Source: Bacteroidia bacterium (GTDB lineage Bacteria > Bacteroidota > Bacteroidia > 2-12-FULL-35-15). From it: a stretch of DNA of 64,000 nt. A model generated the notes under the pieces. The model was given only the letters and a program-made list of their open reading frames with translations. It made no database searches and was not told the DNA's origin. The translations under genes and the position numbers were made by a program. The first letter of the stretch is position 1, and every line of letters starts with the position of its first letter. Positions 59,799 through 64,000 of this stretch are shown here, piece after piece. Location of the stretch: the NCBI GenBank assembly GCA_016786925.1, contig JAEUTU010000124.1:800-64799 (forward strand). The letters run 5' to 3'.

Positions 59799-60460
59799 TT
59801 GTAACCTGTTCCGTAAATTGTTTTTATGTAGTTGTTGTAACCCGCTTCTGTCAATTTCTTTTTCAGGTTTTTAACGTGAGCATAAACGAAATCGTGATTG
59901 TCAAACATATCGGCAATGTCGCCCGACAAATGCTCTGCCAATGCACTTTTTGAAATAACACGATTTTTGTTTCCGATGAAAAAAAGCAATAAATCAATTT
60001 CCTTTTTTGTCAATGAAATTTCAATGTCATTCACTTTTACGGTCTTGCCTAACAAGTCAATCGTTATTTCGTTTTGTTGAACAATGTTTGAACTGTTGAA
60101 TTGTTTCCTGCGAATAAGAGAATGTATTCTTGCCGAAAGTTCCGAATGATGAAAAGGCTTTGCCAAATAATCGTCCGCACCAATTTGTAAACCTTTTACT
60201 TTGTCCTCAATAGAATTTTTTGCGGAAATAATAATTACTCCGTCTTGCTTGTTTTCTCGTTTTAACTGTTCTAACAAAGCAAGTCCGTTTCCGTCAGGAA
60301 GCATTAAATCCAATAAAATACAGTCGTATTGATAAACAGCAATTTTATCAGTTGCTTGATTGTAGTTTTCAGCAACTTCACACACATAGTTTTGTCCCGA
60401 CAAGTATTTTACAATGTCCTGTGCAAGTTCTTTTTCATCTTCTACAATCAAGATTTTCAT
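59786..60460 (-). CDS. OmpR-family response regulator (receiver + winged-helix)
   Basis: The receiver domain is MKILIVEDE ... LLDLMLPDGNG, and the C-terminal trans-reg winged helix ends YGTGYKW. It overlaps the HK gene. Confidence 0.85.
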   Translation of the reverse strand: MKILIVEDEKELAQDIVKYLSGQNYVCEVAENYNQATDKIAVYQYDCILLDLMLPDGNGLALLEQLKRENKQDGVIIISAKNSIEDKVKGLQIGADDYLAKPFHHSELSARIHSLIRRKQFNSSNIVQQNEITIDLLGKTVKVNDIEISLTKKEIDLLLFFIGNKNRVISKSALAEHLSGDIADMFDNHDFVYAHVKNLKKKLTEAGYNNYIKTIYGTGYKWEI

Positions 60461-61090
60461 TCGCCAAATTTACAATTTGAATTTTGAAGAAATTTAGAAT
60501 GTCCGTAAAAGTTGCGTTGGGATTGGCTCTTTTGCAAACTTTGGGTGGTGGGTGGGCTTGGTGCGGTTTGCAAATGTGCCAATGTGCGTTGGCTTAAAAC
60601 TTCATTTTTTTTGTGCGTTGGGAAAAATAAAAATACAAAAGTGTCGGTTGTCGTGTCGGAAATGTCGGTCGGTGTGTTGTCGGGTTTTGGTCGGTCGGTT
60701 GATGTCTGCACGGTGGTCGGTTAGGGTTGCCGATAACGGTTCTCAGCTATACGCAGGCAGGGCATTTTACCACTAAACTTCCTACGAAGAACTGAACTTT
60801 AAATTTAGCGCTTTTCTGTCCTACGAAGCACGAAACCCCTGCTTGCGTATAGGTGATGTTATGCCCTGGCGTTCCTGTCGTCCGTGTCTCAAAACCCTTG
60901 TCAATATTGAGCTTTGCAACCAACTGTCCGAATGTTTTTGTGTCGGTTTGTGTGTTGGCGTTTTTAAAATTTTTAGAAGGGAAGGGGATTTTTAATTTTT
61001 TCTTTTCAGCGTGGAACAGGCATACTCTTTGGCAAGCTTTGGTTTGCGTGTCGGCTTGCGGGGCTTGCCAATGTGTATGACTGTAGAGGG
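60461..61090 (+). repeat. GT-rich non-coding repeat, copy B (about 1.5 units; 630 bp with no credible ORF)
   Basis: 60770-61090 aligns block-for-block with copy A. 60500-60760 contains an extra TTGCAAATGTGCC block and a long GTCGG-rich tract (GTGTCGGTTGTCGTGTCGGAAATGTCGGTCGGTG ... ). Confidence 0.7.
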
Positions 61091-61096
61091 TTGGCA

Positions 61097-61711
61097 TTAG
61101 AACAAACTTCGTTGATTGTATTCAATCCAATTTAAAGGTTCTCCCTGTACACCATATTGGTATTTGTTAGTAATCATTTCCACAAACTCTTCTGCCAACT
61201 CATTATCTTTTATAGTTATGTAGTTTCGCTGTTTAGAGTTAGGACACAAACTCAAGTATTTTTCTGGAACTTTCATGTGGTTATTTCCTAAATAAATAAA
61301 ACAATCAGAAATTAAAACAAATTTACCGCTCAAATCTTGTTTTAGATTTGCTTCGTTCAATCCACCATCATAGAAACTATGGTGAGAATCCATTTGACAC
61401 CAATGGTCATTTTCTATGTAGTAAATATTATCTCCATGAATTTGCTTTAAACTACCATTCATAATAGGTTTCTTTCTCACAAATCTTTTATCGTTCCAAT
61501 AATCTTCAAAACTTATTTTTTCAGAAACTTTCATTACGAAAATCAGATTGTAAAGCAAGTGGTTTTCTATTGAACCAGTTCCAATAATCCAGTCACCCAC
61601 TTCCGCTTTAGCTCGGATATGTGGTTTGCAACAAGCTAAAGTACAAAACCCAAAAAATGGGTTAGGAGCGAAGCCATAGTCACGAGTTATTTTATATGAA
61701 TAAAAAGCCAT
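61097..61711 (-). CDS. Nmad2-like (nucleotide-modification-associated domain 2) protein, tentative
   Basis: The N-terminal YSYKITRDYGFAPNPFFGFCTLACCKPHIRAKAEVGDWIIGTGS closely resembles the signature I associate with the Nmad2 family. Its start overlaps the TIR gene stop (ATG/TAA sharing 1 nt). Confidence 0.45.
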   Translation of the reverse strand: MAFYSYKITRDYGFAPNPFFGFCTLACCKPHIRAKAEVGDWIIGTGSIENHLLYNLIFVMKVSEKISFEDYWNDKRFVRKKPIMNGSLKQIHGDNIYYIENDHWCQMDSHHSFYDGGLNEANLKQDLSGKFVLISDCFIYLGNNHMKVPEKYLSLCPNSKQRNYITIKDNELAEEFVEMITNKYQYGVQGEPLNWIEYNQRSLF

Positions 61712-62202
61712 TATTGACAGCCGATTCTTTTTACATTGTTTGTAGGTGTTCTCGGCTGTCCTCCTGAATTACACCAACCTACGTCCTCTCCTTCTAGTCC
61801 TGCAATTATTTTTTCAGAATTCCAACCAACTAATCCGTCACCAAATTTTTCAAGTGCTTCTGGAATATCCGAGTCTTTTGCTCCCTGCATAAAAACGCCT
61901 AAGATTCTTTTGCCTTGTCTTTCTGCTTCTTCTATTTCCCAGTTCACCCATTCTCTTGAATGAGTTTGTGAACCTACAAGGACAACTACCGTCCCAGCAA
62001 ATTTCATCTTCATTCTTAATAAACGTTCCAGTGTTTTTCTTGGTATTTGCTTTTTTTCTAAGCGGTCTTTGTTTTTGTCATTTACCCTTATAGAGCTGTT
62101 TCTAATATTATAGTCTTTGCCAGCTAAAAGGTTGGTAAAATCAGATACTGCTTTATCATCTTTGTGATGGTGGCTTATAAAAACATTTTTTGATGTGCTC
62201 AT
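61711..62202 (-). CDS. TIR-like domain protein (DUF1863 / ThsB-type)
   Basis: The N-terminus is NVFISHHHKDD, and the conserved catalytic-region motif is SREWVNWEIEEAERQGKRILGVF. At 163 aa the size is typical of stand-alone ThsB-like TIR proteins. Confidence 0.75.
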   Translation of the reverse strand: MSTSKNVFISHHHKDDKAVSDFTNLLAGKDYNIRNSSIRVNDKNKDRLEKKQIPRKTLERLLRMKMKFAGTVVVLVGSQTHSREWVNWEIEEAERQGKRILGVFMQGAKDSDIPEALEKFGDGLVGWNSEKIIAGLEGEDVGWCNSGGQPRTPTNNVKRIGCQ

Positions 62203-62205
62203 AAT

Positions 62206-63228
62206 CTATTTAATTAAGTTATTAATGTTCCACTTTGGCGGAAAATATAATTCGATTGATTCTTTTTCTTTGCCAGTAAATTTTTGTTTAATCCTTGTTC
62301 TATGTGAATAGTCGTCTATTTCAGGGTGTGCGACCCTTGCATATTTACCTACCTCACAAAAAATATTTTGACAATCTATTAATTGCAAATTTCTACCCCA
62401 TAAATTTTTAAAGTCAAGGTTCAATCTTTCAAATTCTGTTTCCTGATTGTCTGCCATAAATTTTATTATATCTTCAAACGAATAGCCGCCAAAATCTTTA
62501 AAGCATTTTAAAATTCCATCCCTTGCTCCAGGACCAGCTTTTACAAATTCCATTTCACTAAAATTTGTGAGTGTGCTGTAATTGATGTCTGTTACAAATT
62601 GATAAGCTAAAAAATCCCCAATTGTAGAGTAAGAATGCAAAAGAGTATATGCCTCATTCATGCTTTTACAATGTTGAAGTTTGTAAGGCACTTTATCTTT
62701 TATCATCAATTCTATTAGTCGTAAATGGTTTTGATGTTTTCTTTCATAACCAAAACTTGACCTGCCTGACGCCATAATGTATGCAGCAGAGTAAATCGGA
62801 ATTCTGTTTTGCATCACTTCTGAAAGAACCTTGTCATACCGTTTGAATGAATAATCTTTGAAACTTATTTTTCCTAACTCGTATTCTAAAACTTCCCATG
62901 TGGAAATACGATTGAAGATTTTAAAAAGTAATAACCGAAAAAAAACTTCTTCAGGTTTTTGACTGCCTTTGTATATAACGTTCTTAATGAGATACTGGCT
63001 AACTCTATCAGTTGCTCGGTATACATTGGTGAACTTGTATTGGCCAAGAATTTTGTCTTTTGTCCAAGGAGAATCTTCTCTATTGAATCGTTTGAAAAAA
63101 ATATTCTGTCTCTCTGCTGCAAACTTCCAGTAAGTGTTGTAAACCACACTCAATTTTGGTTTGGTTTTCTTTGTCAGTATGAGAACTGATTTTTGCTTGT
63201 CATATTTATTTTGTGCTACTCTTTGCAT
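62206..63228 (-). CDS. Putative DNA-base-hypermodification family protein (aGPT-Pplase-like), tentative
   Basis: The N-terminal WKFAAERQNIFFKR ... SPWTKDKILGQYKFTNVYRATDRVSQYL matches the W.F..ER..I ... PWT.D.IL..YKFTNVYR..DR signature I recall for alpha-glutamyl/putrescinyl-thymine pyrophosphorylase-type proteins. It lies 3 bp from the downstream gene and 2 bp from the upstream gene. Confidence 0.4.
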   Translation of the reverse strand: MQRVAQNKYDKQKSVLILTKKTKPKLSVVYNTYWKFAAERQNIFFKRFNREDSPWTKDKILGQYKFTNVYRATDRVSQYLIKNVIYKGSQKPEEVFFRLLLFKIFNRISTWEVLEYELGKISFKDYSFKRYDKVLSEVMQNRIPIYSAAYIMASGRSSFGYERKHQNHLRLIELMIKDKVPYKLQHCKSMNEAYTLLHSYSTIGDFLAYQFVTDINYSTLTNFSEMEFVKAGPGARDGILKCFKDFGGYSFEDIIKFMADNQETEFERLNLDFKNLWGRNLQLIDCQNIFCEVGKYARVAHPEIDDYSHRTRIKQKFTGKEKESIELYFPPKWNINNLIK

Positions 63229-63230
63229 AA

Positions 63231-64000
63231 TTATTTCGTGAAGCAGTTTGTAAGTCCTTTTAAAATCAGATAAACCACTTCGCTTATATGTGGGGTAATT
63301 GTTAATCGTAAGTTTTCTTCTTCGGAAAGTCCATTTTGATCTGCTATTCCTTTTAGTCCGATTGATTGTAATTTTATAAGGTATTTTTTGTAGTCAATGG
63401 AATTATCAGGATGTTTATCGTTATAAATATCAGTCATGTTTTTGTAGTCAGCATTTCCAAAATAAAATTCTTCTGAAAAACTTTCGGGTTGATTTCCTTT
63501 CAATGCTTCAATTGCTTCTCTTGTTATTCCACCAAAAGCACCAACTAAATAAACAGGATGCTTTTGTTCTAGTGCAATTAAGAGTTCTTCTAAAACTCCT
63601 GGGCATTTTCCTTTGAACTTTCGCATAGCACCTCCAATGAAAATTCTTGCATCACAAGTGATTTCCATTTCTTCTCTCATTTTTGTCAAGCATCTTGACC
63701 ATTGATAAAGATTTTCAGGAGTAGTTTTCTCAAACAGCTCTTTTGCTTCACTAATTTTTATATCAGATGGTGGAGATACTTTAATAAAAGAAACATTTTG
63801 AATTAATGCGGCTTGCTGTTTGTCTTCCAATGTTGTTGAAATCGGATAAGCTAAGTAGCTATAAAATCTTTCATTTGGTTGAAGAGTTTTATCGGCTTTG
63901 TAATAAGCTAATAAATCAAATATCAACTCTGTAAACCCTCTTGATCGCATATCTCCTCCATAAACCAATTTTCCTCCTGTAGCTACAATGTATCTTGCAA
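63231..64000 (-). CDS. SLOG/LOG-like Rossmann-fold domain protein (5' end beyond window edge)
   Basis: The ORF is open to the window end. The translation KLVYGGDMRSRGF ... IFIGGAMRK ... CPGVLEELLIALEQKHPVYLVGAFGGITREAIEAL follows the LOG/SLOG order (VyGGg..G.Mg ... PGG.GTLEEL ... KPVvl). Family assignment is by motif only. Confidence 0.5.
   Translation of the reverse strand, partial: ARYIVATGGKLVYGGDMRSRGFTELIFDLLAYYKADKTLQPNERFYSYLAYPISTTLEDKQQAALIQNVSFIKVSPPSDIKISEAKELFEKTTPENLYQWSRCLTKMREEMEITCDARIFIGGAMRKFKGKCPGVLEELLIALEQKHPVYLVGAFGGITREAIEALKGNQPESFSEEFYFGNADYKNMTDIYNDKHPDNSIDYKKYLIKLQSIGLKGIADQNGLSEEENLRLTITPHISEVVYLILKGLTNCFTK

Noticed and set aside
60512-61080. ORFs of 70-116 aa in the GT-rich repeat B region (and 54830..55208 in copy A), Cys/Val/Gly/Arg-rich
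   Set aside because: The composition simply reflects the G+T bias (GTN/TGY/GGN codons). Their frames are not conserved between repeat copies A and B, and there is no start or RBS context. I treat them as non-coding.
54830-61096. Interpretation of repeats A/B as insertion-sequence or integrative-element ends
   Set aside because: There is no transposase or integrase gene, the copies are direct rather than terminal inverted repeats, no target-site duplication is evident, and divergence between copies is about 30%. I report them as a non-coding repeat family instead.
1-64000. CRISPR arrays, tRNA/rRNA genes
   Set aside because: No regularly spaced short direct repeats, and no cloverleaf-like GC-rich 70-90-nt segments with GTTCGAATC-type T-arms, were seen in any intergenic region.

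Overview
This is a 64-kb chromosomal segment from a low-GC (~40%) Bacteroidota genome, most likely Sphingobacteriia or Chitinophagia. It is gene-dense, with no rRNA, tRNA, CRISPR array, integrase or transposase found by eye. The housekeeping backbone includes dut, tatA, gatA, mnmG, nadA and rpiB. There is also a dut, TPR lipoprotein, DUF4292, M23 peptidase envelope cluster, an MltD-like transglycosylase, and enzymes of sulfur-amino-acid and lactate metabolism. Between these lie several accessory modules. At least six proteins end in type IX secretion (T9SS) sorting domains: a SprB-like repeat adhesin with its PorP/SprF partner, a pentaheme c-type cytochrome, a CRTAC1/ASPIC-UnbV FG-GAP protein, a YHYH protein and two further large or small cargoes. 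An ECF sigma, anti-sigma, Spy/CpxP-like, MbnP-like, di-haem peroxidase (MbnH-like), YHYH operon looks like a copper-binding or copper-stress module. An Xre/ParS-RES toxin-antitoxin pair is present. A two-component system, PepSY-like protein, TonB-dependent receptor and EamA block is flanked by two diverged copies of a roughly 300-bp GT-rich non-coding repeat. The strongest candidate for a new system is a low-GC, translationally coupled four-gene operon on the minus strand at the 3' window edge (61097 to beyond 64000). In transcription order it encodes a SLOG/LOG-like Rossmann domain protein (N-terminus outside the window), a protein with an aGPT-Pplase-like DNA-base-hypermodification signature, a DUF1863 TIR-like protein of the ThsB type, and an Nmad2-like nucleotide-modification protein. 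This combines Thoeris-like TIR/SLOG signalling parts with nucleotide-modifying enzymes in an arrangement I do not recognise as a described system. A 14-bp palindrome, GTTCCAYRTGGAAC, occurs four times around a methyltransferase gene. A roughly 105-bp direct repeat that carries a GNAT-gene tail remnant flanks one T9SS cargo gene. Several hairpin elements are also present. All functional calls rest on motif recognition from the translations, with no searches run.
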